Positions 31,287-43,890 of a DNA stretch of 64,000 bases are shown one piece after another; positions within the stretch are counted from its first letter, which is position 1, and every line of letters starts with the position of its first letter. This DNA is from an uncultured delta proteobacterium (GTDB taxonomy: Bacteria > Desulfobacterota > BSN033 > UBA1163): NCBI GenBank assembly GCA_963708295.1, contig CAVPSJ010000017.1, forward strand, positions 384,001-448,000, given 5' to 3'. The notes under the pieces were generated by a model. The model saw only the letters and a program-made list of their open reading frames with translations, was not told the origin of the DNA and made no database searches. The translations under genes were made by a program, and so were the position numbers.

Positions 31287-32735
31287 TCATTCGACCCCCA
31301 CAATACTGGGTTGTTTTTGCGATAATAAGTTGTACTTATCTATTCGATTGCGTAATGTATTGCGGCTGATTCCTAGCAGTTTAGCTGCTTGAACCTGATT
31401 TCCTTTCGTCTCAGCGAGTGCCTTTTGGATGAGAAATTTCTCAATTTTTTCCAGGAGGTTTGAACGGAGACCTTTTCCCCAGAAGCGAAGAATATCTGTA
31501 AAAAGAGGGTCGAGTATTTTAGCCAGGTTATTTTCTAACTCTTGTTCATTTGCAAAGGAGATGGCTTCACTTTCTGCGTCGAAAACAATGTCTTCGGCAG
31601 ACATTACCTCTCCTTTGCAAAGGATAAGGCTTCTGTTAATCGTATTTGCTAGTTCCCTCACATTGCCCGGCCAGTCATACGAGACCAGCTTTTCAAATGC
31701 AGAAGGATCGATATGCGAAACCCCGGTGGTCATCTGCCGTTTGTAAAAATGGAAGAAATATTCGGTCAATGCTTTGACGTCCTCCTTATGTTCCCGTAGA
31801 GCTGGTAACATGATCGGCATGATTTTTAGACGATAATACAGATCCTCTCTAAATTTCCCCTGTTTAATCAGCTCCTCCAACTTACGATTCGTGGACGTTA
31901 AGATTCTTACGTCCACCCTGACCGTTTCGTTCCCCCCGATGCGTTCAAATTCCCCTTCTTGTAAAACCCGGAGAATCTTTGCCTGAGTTGAAAGGGACAT
32001 GTCGCCAATCTCATCGAGCAAGATGGTCCCCTGATCGCATTGTTCAAACTTTCCTATCCGTCGCCTGTTCGCCCCGGTAAAGGCCCCTTTTTCATGTCCG
32101 AAGAGCTCGCTTTCCAACAGGGTCTCTGGAATGGCTGCACAATTGATTGCAAGAAAAGGGCAATCCTTTCTCCGGCTGTACTGATAAATCGCCCTCGCCA
32201 CCAGTTCCTTTCCTGTTCCGCTCTCCCCCCGAATGAGTACGGTCACATCACTCTCGGCGACCTGACCAATCAATTTATAGACCTCCTGCATGACCTTGCT
32301 TTTACCGATGATCTGATCCGAATCTTCCTTGTATTCGGAAAGGGTTGGAATGTCCACAGCCCTGTTCATCAACTTATGAGCCTCCAACCCTTTGGCTACG
32401 AGTTCAGAGATTTCATCGAGTTCAAAGGGTTTGAGAATGTAGTCAAAAGCTCCAAGCCGCATCGCTTCGATAGCCGTCCCCGTTGTCCCAAAAGCTGTCA
32501 TAATGATGATGGGAACCTTGGGGTGACCTTGCTTGATCTCCTTGAGTATTTCGAGTCCATTCTGATCCGGCAGTTTATTGTCAAGGAGGATAAGATCAGT
32601 CTCCTGTCCGCGAACGGCGTCCAGGGCTTCTCTGCCGCTATGGCAAGGGATGACTTGGTATCCTTTCTGGAATAATGCCTTGGTCAGAAAATGGCATAAA
32701 CTTAGGTCGTCGTCTACGATGAGAATGCTTTCCAT
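31287..32735 (-). CDS. Sigma54-dependent NtrC-family response regulator
   Basis: Receiver domain, GESGTGKE, GAFTGA, WPGNVREL, Fis-type HTH. Confidence 0.96.
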   Translation of the reverse strand: MESILIVDDDLSLCHFLTKALFQKGYQVIPCHSGREALDAVRGQETDLILLDNKLPDQNGLEILKEIKQGHPKVPIIIMTAFGTTGTAIEAMRLGAFDYILKPFELDEISELVAKGLEAHKLMNRAVDIPTLSEYKEDSDQIIGKSKVMQEVYKLIGQVAESDVTVLIRGESGTGKELVARAIYQYSRRKDCPFLAINCAAIPETLLESELFGHEKGAFTGANRRRIGKFEQCDQGTILLDEIGDMSLSTQAKILRVLQEGEFERIGGNETVRVDVRILTSTNRKLEELIKQGKFREDLYYRLKIMPIMLPALREHKEDVKALTEYFFHFYKRQMTTGVSHIDPSAFEKLVSYDWPGNVRELANTINRSLILCKGEVMSAEDIVFDAESEAISFANEQELENNLAKILDPLFTDILRFWGKGLRSNLLEKIEKFLIQKALAETKGNQVQAAKLLGISRNTLRNRIDKYNLLSQKQPSIVGVE

Positions 32736-34549
32736 GCACCCTCCTTCTGAATGGGCAATGACAGGATGAAAGAAGATCCCTTTCCCAATTCGCTCTCCAC
32801 CTCAATCCGACCATTATGTTTCTGAATAATGGAATAGACAATCGAAAGACCTAACCCTGTTCCTCCAGCCTTCGTTGTAAAAAAAGGGTCAAATAGATAG
32901 GGTTGATCTTTTTCGGGAATCCCATGACCTGTGTCTTTAATCATCGTTTGAAGGGATTCTTCGAGCGTATCTGGATTTACCTTCACGATGGATCTGATCG
33001 TCAAAGTCCCTCCGTGGGGCATCGCCTCAATGGCATTGAGAAGGAGATTGAGAAAAACCTGAGTCAATTGCCTCGGGTCGCCTTCCACTGGCGGATGTTC
33101 ATCTGAGAGTAGAATGTCCAGACGAATGCCACTGTTTTTCAACTTTGCACCCAGTAAGTTGATAGTATCCTGCAAAAGCGAATTAACCTTAATTGCTTGA
33201 AACAGGGGTTCTTCAGGTCTCGCAAAATTCAGAAAGCGCGTGATATTTTCGTTGATGCGATCAATCTCTTTCAAGATGATCCTGAAATCCTCCTTCTGAT
33301 GATCCTCTAAATCCATCTCCTTTTCTAAAGATTGAATGAAAATCTTGAAGGAAGTAAGCGGGTTCCGAACCTCATGGGCGATCCCAGCAGAAAGTTGCCC
33401 AAGGGCGGCCATTTTTTCCGATCGGATCAGTTGCTCCTGCCTCTGCTTAAGCACCTGGTAGGCAATCTGCAATTCTTTATCGGACGATTCAACCTTTCCT
33501 TCCAACTCTGAGTAGGCTTTCTTCAACTTCTCGGCCATCACGTTAAACCCGGCGATCAGTTTCCCAATTTCATCCTCCCGACTGGATGAAACGGTTTTTT
33601 CAAAATGCCCCTCCGCGAAAGAGGCGACCGCCTTGCTCAAATGTTTGACCGGGCCGGTTACTCTCCCAATGACCCAATATGAGATTCCAAGGATCAAAAC
33701 GATTGAAATGATGAAAATGGCGAAGGCCTTTTTGACCAGTTGGTCAATCGCATAGAAAGCCTCCTTTGTATCTTGCTCCGCGATAAGATAACATTGAAGG
33801 TTTGGAATCCATTTCCACGATCCTAAAGCCTCATGTCCCATGTAATCCGTATATACCCCGGTGTAACTTGGCTGGAGCTGGATCCTTTCAAAGTAAGGAA
33901 CTCTCGACGTCCCTTTTTTCAGAAGTTCTATTAATCTATTAGAGACAACAAATTCCCCTTGAGGATTGACGATAAAAAGTTTTCCTGTTTTCCCTAAATT
34001 GGACTCGGATATCAACTCGGTAATATAGGTTAAATCAATTAACGCTTTGAAGACTCCCATAGGGCGACCCCTCGCATCCTTAATGCTGAAAGAAGTAATA
34101 ATGGATGGTTGGAGGGATTTGGGCTGAAGTGTAGGCCCTAGAATTAACGTTTCCTCTTTAAGCGCCCTTTGGAACCATTCCTCTTTTTCAAAAGAGGCAT
34201 TGGAAAGATTCTCTGATACGATTTGTCCTTTTAAATTCAAGACCAAAATCTCAAGATAGGCACGTTCAAAATGTTTTATGAGAGACAAGAATGGTTTAAT
34301 CCGATTCGGGTCCAGCGATTTAACCTCCTGGCTCTCCGCGATGGTCTTCCCGTCCGAAACCCTCTCCTTAAGCCATTGTTCAATCGCTGTCTCTTTGACT
34401 TCAACAAGGTTTTGCAAATGGTCCATCATACTCTTTTTCATCATTCCCCTACTGACAGAGATGGAAAAGAAGGTCAACACACCGTAAGGGACGAAGAAGA
34501 ATATAAGAAAGAGGAACATGAATTTTGCCCTAAGACTACGAACCTTCAT
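32714..34549 (-). CDS. Cache/HAMP sensor histidine kinase
   Basis: Two TMs, DEIGKL HAMP, AHEVRNPL, NAIEA, DTGHGI, GTGLGL. Confidence 0.95.
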   Translation of the reverse strand: MKVRSLRAKFMFLFLIFFFVPYGVLTFFSISVSRGMMKKSMMDHLQNLVEVKETAIEQWLKERVSDGKTIAESQEVKSLDPNRIKPFLSLIKHFERAYLEILVLNLKGQIVSENLSNASFEKEEWFQRALKEETLILGPTLQPKSLQPSIITSFSIKDARGRPMGVFKALIDLTYITELISESNLGKTGKLFIVNPQGEFVVSNRLIELLKKGTSRVPYFERIQLQPSYTGVYTDYMGHEALGSWKWIPNLQCYLIAEQDTKEAFYAIDQLVKKAFAIFIISIVLILGISYWVIGRVTGPVKHLSKAVASFAEGHFEKTVSSSREDEIGKLIAGFNVMAEKLKKAYSELEGKVESSDKELQIAYQVLKQRQEQLIRSEKMAALGQLSAGIAHEVRNPLTSFKIFIQSLEKEMDLEDHQKEDFRIILKEIDRINENITRFLNFARPEEPLFQAIKVNSLLQDTINLLGAKLKNSGIRLDILLSDEHPPVEGDPRQLTQVFLNLLLNAIEAMPHGGTLTIRSIVKVNPDTLEESLQTMIKDTGHGIPEKDQPYLFDPFFTTKAGGTGLGLSIVYSIIQKHNGRIEVESELGKGSSFILSLPIQKEGAWKAFSS

Positions 34550-34808
34550 TAAGAATCCTCTATATCCTAAAACTGAGACCATCTCTTAATTTACTTAAAG
34601 CTAAGAATGAGCGGCTTTATTAAGGAGATTCTTTTATATTAGCTTACTGATTCTAATTGGAAAAATCAAACGGAGTTGTGAAGTTAGAGGGCACCTCATA
34701 TATCGCCAATGAGTTTCCATGTCTAATCATCTATTGCTTAAGATATTTCTTGATCATAAGAAGCGTTACAAGAATGGTGGGAGTTTGGGCGAGGGATACC
34801 GTGAGGGC

Positions 34809-34868
34809 GAGGCTCGCTCCCTGCTAGAAGAAATCCTGGAAGCGTTCCGGTAATAAAAGTAAATAAAA
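34809..34868 (+). repeat. 60-bp direct repeat, right copy (orphan SHMT 3' end)
   Basis: GAGGCTCGCTCCCTGCTAGAAGAAATCCTGGAAGCGTTCCGGTAATAAAAGTAAATAAAA encodes EARSLLEEILEAFR*. Confidence 0.85.
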
Positions 34869-35021
34869 CACGGCGACTGCCATTTCTATGCGCTTATGAT
34901 AAAGACCAGACTGACTGTCAACAAACAGCCGTCATCAAACAGCTTCTCACTTCACCTCGGTAAATTCGGCGGCAGACCCGGTAACTTTGAGGCGGTTGAG
35001 GGCAGGTAAGAAAAGTTACAG

Positions 35022-35447
35022 TTAGGCAATTCCCGGTGGCTTGCGGCGTCTCTTCTCGGCTACCTTCAGTCTGGCTAAAGAGCGGCGCAAGGAGGCTTCA
35101 GCAGATGCAGCCTCAGCGGTCAGAGGCGCAGCCTTCATCGTTTCCTGAGCACGCTTCTTGGCTTCCTCCGCGCGAGCAATATCAATTTCATCAGCCCGTT
35201 CACAGGCGTCGGCCAGGATAATTACTTTGTCAGGACGCACTTCGAGGAAGCCGCCACTGATCACAACATATTCTTCTTCCTTATCCTTTCGGATCATTAA
35301 ATCGCCGGGCTGCAGCATGGTCATCAGAGGCGCATGATGAGGAAGAATGGCCAGTTGCCCCTCTACTCCCCAAGCGATGACCGCGCTTACATCCTCAGAG
35401 AAAATCATTCTCTCTGCAGTGACGATTTCTAATCTGAAGGTTGCCAC
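35022..35447 (-). CDS. atpC: ATP synthase F1 epsilon
   Basis: [23 protein letters not shown]. Confidence 0.96.
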   Translation of the reverse strand: MATFRLEIVTAERMIFSEDVSAVIAWGVEGQLAILPHHAPLMTMLQPGDLMIRKDKEEEYVVISGGFLEVRPDKVIILADACERADEIDIARAEEAKKRAQETMKAAPLTAEAASAEASLRRSLARLKVAEKRRRKPPGIA

Positions 35448-35449
35448 AA

Positions 35450-37769
<2,320 letters not shown>

Positions 37770-37779
37770 GATCGAACTC

Positions 37780-39288
37780 TCAGACAGCTTGCTTCTTGTA
37801 TTCTGTGATCGCTGCTTTCAGACGGTTTTCTGTCTCTGGTTTTATTTCGTTATCGGTCATGATCTGTTTTTCGATGTCAGGGTGATTGGTCTCCATAAAC
37901 CGGTGGAAGTTTCCTTCCCAGGGAATCACCTTCTCCACCGGAACATCATCGAGATGACCATTGGTCACGGCATAAAGAATGTTCGACTGCTTTCCGAGGG
38001 ACATGGGGGTGTTGACGGGTTGCTTCAATATTTCGGTAATGCGGCGGCCACGCTCCAGTTGGTCCCGGGTCGCCTTATCCAATTCCTCGCTTCCAAACTT
38101 TGCAAAGGCTTCTAATTCGCGAAATTGGGCGAGCTCCAGTCTCAACTTTCCAGCGACCTGTCTCATCGCTTTCCTTTGAGCGGATCCCCCCACCCGGGAG
38201 ACGGACAAGCCCACGTTGATCGCAGGACGGACCCCTGCATTGAACAGATCGGGTTCGAGATAAATCTGCCCATCGGTGATGGAAATGACATTGGTTGGGA
38301 TATAGGCAGACATGTCTCCAAGCTGAGTCTCAATGATCGGCAGAGCCGTCAGCGAGCCCCCTCCGAATTCCGGACCTAATTTAGCAGCCCTTTCCAGAAG
38401 CCGGCTATGGATATAAAAAATGTCTCCAGGATAAGCCTCCCGACCGGGCGGACGACGCAACAAAAGCGACAATTGACGATAAGCCCAGGCGTGTTTATAA
38501 AGGTCGTCATAGAGGATTAAAGCATCTTTTCCCTGCTCCATGAACTCCTCACCCATCGCACAGCCTGCATAAGGGGCGATATACTGGAGAGGGGCGGGGT
38601 CAGAGGAATCTGCTGCGACCACAATCGTATATTCCATCGCTCCGAACTTCTCTAACGCAGCGATGGCCTGAGCCACTTTGGATGTTTTCTGGCCTATGGC
38701 GACATAGATGCAAATCAGATTTTGACCCTTCTGAGCGATGATACTATCGAGGACAATGGCCGACTTGCCGGTAAAACGGTCACCGATGATCAGCTCACGC
38801 TGGCCCCGGCCGATAGGGATCATGCTATCGATTGCCTTAATACCCGTCATGACGGGCGTATTGACCGGGGCTCTCTTTGTTACGTCTGGCGCTACCCTTT
38901 CGATGGGCCTCGTCTTCGCGGTCTTAATGGGTCCCTTACCATCCAGGGGACGTCCCAGCGGGTCAACCACTCTTCCAATGAGGGCGTCTCCCACGGGAAC
39001 CTCGATCACTCTTCCCGTCGCCTTGACCTCATCTCCCTCTTTAATCTTACTGCATTCGCCGAGGATGACGGCTCCGACATTATCCTCCTCCAAATTGAGA
39101 GCGAGCCCGGTGATATCATGTGGAAATTGGATCAATTCATTGTAGGCCACCTGTCCCAGTCCATGGATTCGGGCGATCCCATCCCCCACTTCGATCACCG
39201 TACCTACATTCGTTACCGTCACAGCGGCACCAAAACGCTCAATCTGTTCTTTAATTACCGCAACAATATCTTGTTCCCGGGTTGCCAT
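37780..39288 (-). CDS. atpA: ATP synthase F1 alpha
   Basis: [39 protein letters not shown]. Confidence 0.98.
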   Translation of the reverse strand: MATREQDIVAVIKEQIERFGAAVTVTNVGTVIEVGDGIARIHGLGQVAYNELIQFPHDITGLALNLEEDNVGAVILGECSKIKEGDEVKATGRVIEVPVGDALIGRVVDPLGRPLDGKGPIKTAKTRPIERVAPDVTKRAPVNTPVMTGIKAIDSMIPIGRGQRELIIGDRFTGKSAIVLDSIIAQKGQNLICIYVAIGQKTSKVAQAIAALEKFGAMEYTIVVAADSSDPAPLQYIAPYAGCAMGEEFMEQGKDALILYDDLYKHAWAYRQLSLLLRRPPGREAYPGDIFYIHSRLLERAAKLGPEFGGGSLTALPIIETQLGDMSAYIPTNVISITDGQIYLEPDLFNAGVRPAINVGLSVSRVGGSAQRKAMRQVAGKLRLELAQFRELEAFAKFGSEELDKATRDQLERGRRITEILKQPVNTPMSLGKQSNILYAVTNGHLDDVPVEKVIPWEGNFHRFMETNHPDIEKQIMTDNEIKPETENRLKAAITEYKKQAV

Positions 39289-39405
39289 CTTAACCTCTCT
39301 CTTTTGTCTGTTATTTAAAGAGCGCTAGGCTTGAAGACTGAGCTAAAAGACATATTCACCACTTCCCTCAAGTCAGGCGATACTGGACCCTGCTGGATCC
39401 CTACC

Positions 39406-40467
39406 TTATTGCCCTCGTACCTCGAGCAGACTTCTTTTCAAGCTTTCCAATCTCTGACGTATGCTTCCATCAATGAGCATATCACCGATTCGCGCAATAA
39501 ATCCCCCGATGAGGGAGGCATCGACTTGAGCGTCAATGACTACCTTCCGGTCAACGACCTTTCCAAGGCGGCTGGAAATGGTTTCCTTATCCTCATCGCT
39601 TAAAGGGACGGCGGCTGTCACTTTAGCACGTTCAACGCCCCGATACGCATCGAGGAGATCATTGTATTTCTGGAAGATATCACCGCTGAGCCTAAAGGTG
39701 CCCTTATTGACCAGAAGGAGAGCCAGGTTGGAGACGAGAGGATGGATTTTCCCCAATTGCTTACGCAGAAGGTCTTTCTTTGCGTCGAAGGGGAAGCGGG
39801 GGCTTTGCAATAAAGCCATGAGTTCTTCATTCCCACTCAAGTCGGCCATTTTCTTCAAGCCCACTTGCCAGCTCTCCAATTCGTTTTTTTCTAGGGCGAG
39901 CTCGAAAGCGGCTTGGGCATAGCGTTTTCCGGAACTTATTCTATGCATCTCTTCCGTTAACTTCTTCTTGAGCGTGACACTCTCCTGAAGTGTCTCCTCA
40001 ATCAGCTTACGATGTTTTTCCCTGTCCAGGGTCTCTTTGATCACTTTTTCAGCAGCCGCGATGGAAATATCTACAAACTCCCGGCGCAAATCCCCAACGA
40101 TTTTATCGCGCTCTGCTTCTAATTCAGATCGCGTTCGGTCAATGATCACCTGCGCCTGCTTGGCCGCCTCCGCTCGAGATTCTTCCTTCAGCCTTTCCCC
40201 GATTTGAATCGCCTGGGCGATGATGGCCTGTGCTTCTTGGCGCCCCTTCTCAATCTGTTTTTGCACCTCTCCTTTAGCCTGCTCAAATTCTTTCTTTGTC
40301 GCCTCGGCCAGTTCCATCGCTTCCTTTGTTCTTTTCGCCCTCTCGTCAAGCACCTTCATCACCGGTTTGTACAAGAAGAGGCGTAACAGAACAAGCAAGA
40401 TAATGAAATTGACGATGAAAACCACCAACAGTGATAAATTAATACCTAAACTTGCGAAACCTCCCAT
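39406..40467 (-). CDS. atpF/atpH: ATP synthase subunits b and delta in one reading frame
   Basis: b: NFIIL..LYKPV..LDER; delta from MHRISSGKRYAQAAF (ATG at 39948) to LIGG..IDGSI. Confidence 0.9.
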   Translation of the reverse strand: MGGFASLGINLSLLVVFIVNFIILLVLLRLFLYKPVMKVLDERAKRTKEAMELAEATKKEFEQAKGEVQKQIEKGRQEAQAIIAQAIQIGERLKEESRAEAAKQAQVIIDRTRSELEAERDKIVGDLRREFVDISIAAAEKVIKETLDREKHRKLIEETLQESVTLKKKLTEEMHRISSGKRYAQAAFELALEKNELESWQVGLKKMADLSGNEELMALLQSPRFPFDAKKDLLRKQLGKIHPLVSNLALLLVNKGTFRLSGDIFQKYNDLLDAYRGVERAKVTAAVPLSDEDKETISSRLGKVVDRKVVIDAQVDASLIGGFIARIGDMLIDGSIRQRLESLKRSLLEVRGQ

Positions 40468-40500
40468 GATGCCCCCTTCAACGTATTTGCTAACGGTAGG

Positions 40501-40641
40501 CTAGTTCGCTTTCATATTCATAGCGATATAGGTAATCAAGCCAGCAAGAGAAAATACCGCTACGGCGACTACAATAAACAATGCTACCGCTGCTCCAATA
40601 AGCATACCCGGTAAGCTCGTGGATGACCCTTCCTGTTCCAT
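40501..40641 (-). CDS. 46-aa single-TM protein inside the atp operon (not in ORF track)
   Basis: SD AAGGAGGTG then MEQEGSSTSLPGMLIGAAVALFIVVAVAVFSLAGLITYIAMNMKAN*. Confidence 0.75.
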   Translation of the reverse strand: MEQEGSSTSLPGMLIGAAVALFIVVAVAVFSLAGLITYIAMNMKAN

Positions 40642-40727
40642 ACTTACACCTCCTTAACGGACTCCCATCGCGAGAATAATCATTGCCATCAGGACATGAA
40701 TCCTTATCGTCTCGGCCAGAGGACCCA

Positions 40728-40964
40728 TCAAAACTTGACGACCATGGCGAGAATAATGCATACGATCAGGACATAAATCCCTATCGCTTCGGCGAGCGCA
40801 CCAATTAAAATCATGTTGGTGAGAATAGCGCCCCTGGCTTCTGGGTTGCGTCCGAGGGATTGCATGGCTGAATAACCGATCAACCCCAACGCTAATGCCG
40901 GACCAAAGAACCCCAACCCTGCAGTTAAACCGACCGTTAACATTTTCATTACTTCTGGTGACAT
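40728..40964 (-). CDS. atpE: ATP synthase Fo subunit c
   Basis: GRNPEA loop; ALAEAIGIY carboxylate; lacks the Gln and Ser/Thr of the Na+ signature. Confidence 0.96.
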   Translation of the reverse strand: MSPEVMKMLTVGLTAGLGFFGPALALGLIGYSAMQSLGRNPEARGAILTNMILIGALAEAIGIYVLIVCIILAMVVKF

Positions 40965-40988
40965 TGATTAACTCCTCCTTTCATCTTT

Positions 40989-41930
40989 TTATTCTGTTTC
41001 TTCGTGTGGAGATACAGCGATTGTGCCAAATACAAGGGTTAAACCGGAAAAGATAAGAGCTTGAATCAGACCGATCAATAATTCCAACCCGTAGAAAGGG
41101 ATGCTGAATACGAGAGGAATGAGAAAACTGGAGACCAAAATCAATATCTCCCCGGCAGTCATGTTGCCAAAGAGACGGAAGGTAAAACTCAACATACGCG
41201 TCAGGTGGCTGAATATTTCCAATACGCCAACGAATAGGTTAATAAACCCGAAAACGATGTCCATCGCTCCCTGGCCTATCTTCCCCTTCAATAGTTGTTT
41301 CAGTCCTTGCCACCATCTGACGGAAATTGATGAACTCGCTGAGGTAGTGCGACACTCCCAATGCCTTCATTCCCCAGGTTTCAACGAAAATGAAAGACAT
41401 AATGGCGATGGAAAGAGGAACATTGACATCGGTATTCGCTGCGCGGAATAAAGGTGCAAATTTGCCATCGTGTTCAATGACCCCGATGGAGCCAAAAAAG
41501 GGGAAGAGAGCAAGGTAAGCGTTCGAGATGACGTAGAGGAAAATAGTCGCCACTCCAGTAAAGAGTGTCCTTGCATGTTTTTTACCGGCGACACTTTCAA
41601 CAAAATTGAGCAACCCTTCTACGATTGCCTCTGCCATGGCTTGTCGTTTGCCGGGAATAAGTTTCATCTTACGGGTGAGGATAAAAGACAAAACGACCAG
41701 CACGATGATCGTAAACCAGGAGGCAATGAGGGTATTCGTCACAGCAAAGTGACCAATATGAAACACTGGCTCCGCAGGAAGCTCCACATTGGGTTTAGGA
41801 ACCTGAAAGAAACTCGGGGTCTTCGTCCCGAAAAAACTGGTTCCCAGAGGGCCAAACACAAAACCCACGCCGAAGAGGATTAAAACAGGAATGAAGAAAA
41901 ATAGTAAGACTTTGAGCCGCTACCCTTCAT
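40989..41930 (-). CDS. atpB: ATP synthase Fo subunit a (two frameshifts)
   Basis: TNTLIASW, RAANTDVN, SFTFRLFGNMTAGE, IQALIF; ATG overlaps upstream stop (ATGA). Confidence 0.93.
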
Positions 41931-42202
41931 GATTGGCTCTGCTTCTTTTTGTTGTTGCTATTTTTTCTAAATTTTTCTTGCTCAGCCTGATAGCGGAGGA
42001 GCATTTTAATTAAACCGAAGAAAGCTACGACTGTCCCGACTCCAAGGCCAATCAAAGTGAATAACGGTTGTTTATTGAACATTTTTGGGCTGTCGAGCCA
42101 ATAACCAATCGCTACCGGGATGATCAGGCTGAGAGCCACATACCATCCAATCGTAAGCAAAAATTGAAGGGGTCTTGCCCAATCTTTCAGAGAACCCTCC
42201 AA
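41927..42202 (-). CDS. AtpZ/AtpI family protein
   Basis: Two TMs with GYWLD..PLFTLIG motif; first gene of the operon. Confidence 0.85.
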   Translation of the reverse strand: MEGSLKDWARPLQFLLTIGWYVALSLIIPVAIGYWLDSPKMFNKQPLFTLIGLGVGTVVAFFGLIKMLLRYQAEQEKFRKNSNNKKKQSQS

Positions 42203-42286
42203 GGACGGTTAGACAAATAATGATTTGCCCCCTCTATTTTATAAAGAACACTTATTTAAAAACGGCTGACATCAGGGAGCAATAAA

Positions 42287-42304
42287 ATGTGAATTAGTTA
42301 ACAT
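42287..42304. promoter_or_regulatory. Rex-like operator candidate upstream of the atp operon
   Basis: ATGTGAATTAGTTAACAT near a minus-strand TTGACA. Confidence 0.4.
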
Positions 42305-42345
42305 AGTGAAAATATGTTGTCAATTATTTTTTTGTTTTCCTCGCC

Positions 42346-42810
42346 CTACTCCTCTACTTTTGGGGTGAACGATGAAGGACGGTCCAGATCTTGAGAGGGG
42401 AGGTCGGGATGATCCTCTTTCTTATCAATTCCACCCTCCATTTTGCAGCTCCCCTCTAAAATTCCCCCCTCATTAATGATAAGGATGGGAGCGGACAGGG
42501 TCCCATAGACTTTGCCGGTTGCGTGAATTTCCACCCGTGCCTTGGCATAGATATCCCCTTCCACCCGACCGTTGATGACGAGTATCTGGAGTCCGATCTT
42601 TCCTTTGACGTTCGCTGTCTCACCGACAATTAATGTTCCGCTGTCGAAGATCTCCCCTTCAAATTTCCCATCCAGACGAAATACGCCTTCGAAAGTCATC
42701 TTTCCCTGAAAGACGGTCTCCTTTCCCAGATACGCGCTGATTTCCTCGGAGGTGGGTGCAGAGGTGGGACTGCCACTGGTTTTAGAGAACATGGTTTTTC
42801 CTCCTGACAT
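42346..42810 (-). CDS. Bactofilin (polymer-forming cytoskeletal protein)
   Basis: LGKETVFQGKMTFEGVFRLDGKFEGEI beta-helix repeats; EGGILEGSCKM. Confidence 0.92.
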   Translation of the reverse strand: MSGGKTMFSKTSGSPTSAPTSEEISAYLGKETVFQGKMTFEGVFRLDGKFEGEIFDSGTLIVGETANVKGKIGLQILVINGRVEGDIYAKARVEIHATGKVYGTLSAPILIINEGGILEGSCKMEGGIDKKEDHPDLPSQDLDRPSSFTPKVEE

Positions 42811-42829
42811 GGATTACTCCTTTCTTAAG

Positions 42830-43030
42830 AGAAATCCGAAGCACGAAATCCCTGCCTTCGCCGAAGCGGCTTCGCGCAGGCAGGTGAAATTCGAAACAAA
42901 TCCCAATGAGCGAAACAGGAGATTTCAAACAAAAAAATATGAACTTTCGGAAATTAGGTCATTTGAGTTTTGGTATTGTTTCGAATTGGCCCGAAGACGC
43001 TTCGCCCGATATTCGAATTTCGGGTTTCTT
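42830..43030. repeat. Heptamer-rich inverted repeat element with nested hairpin
   Basis: AAATCCGAAGCACGAAATC...ATTCGAATTTCGGGTTT; nested CCTGCCTTCG..GCAGGCAGG. Confidence 0.65.
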
Positions 43031-43890
43031 ATTTCCCAAGGATTGTTTCCACAATTCTTTCCAATTCTTCGTGGGAGAAGTATTCAATCTCTATCTTTCC
43101 CCTGTTTCCTTTTTGGGTGATTTGGACTTTTGTTCCCAGACATTTTCTCAGAGAATCCTGAAGACTGTCGAGTTGGCTCTCTAAATCCCCCTTTTTCTTT
43201 ACAGAGGGGATTGTCTTTTGAAGTTTCGCTGCCCACTGTCTTGCCAAGCGTTCAGCCTCTCTTACCGAAAGGCCTTTTTTAATAATGAGTGCACAGAGTT
43301 CCTTCTGCTTTTCCTTATGCTCGAGGCTGAGAAGGGCTCTGGCATGTCCAGAGGTGATGCGGTTTTGCAGGAGTTGATTCCTTACTTCCAGAGGGAGCTT
43401 CAAAAGGCGAAGGGTATTGGCGATGGTCGTTCGATCCTTGCCGATCCGTTTGCTCAAGTCCTCTTGGCTGATGATGAAACTCTTCAATCAGATGTTTGAA
43501 GGCCTCCGCTTCCTCAATCGGGTTGAGGTCTTCCCTCTGCAGGTTTTCGATGAGAGAGATTTCAAAAGCGTCTCTCCCTTCCACCTCTTTCACCAATACG
43601 GGAACTTCTCTCAGTCCTGCCTTCTGAGCCGCTCGCCAGCGACGTTCTCCGACGATCAGTTCATAACCCTGATCGGTCCTTCGGACGAGGAGGGGTTCGA
43701 GGATCCCTTTCTCTCGAATGGACTCTGCCAATTCCTGGAGTTTGGATTCGTCAAATTGCTTGCGGGGCTGAGAGGGATTGGGGAAGATCTCTTCAATCCC
43801 ACAATAGAGGAGGGTCTTTGATTCCGCTTGTCCGAATTCCGGGAGAAGTGCTCCCAGACCCTTACCTAAGGCCATTCTCTTGGTTGCCAT
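43029..43890 (-). CDS. parB: ParB/Spo0J partitioning protein (frameshift near 43480)
   Basis: [39 protein letters not shown]. Confidence 0.95.

Noticed and set aside
40728-40964. Na+-coupled or N-type ATPase
   Set aside because: Subunit c lacks the Gln and ES/T signature, delta is present, and gene order is the standard F-type
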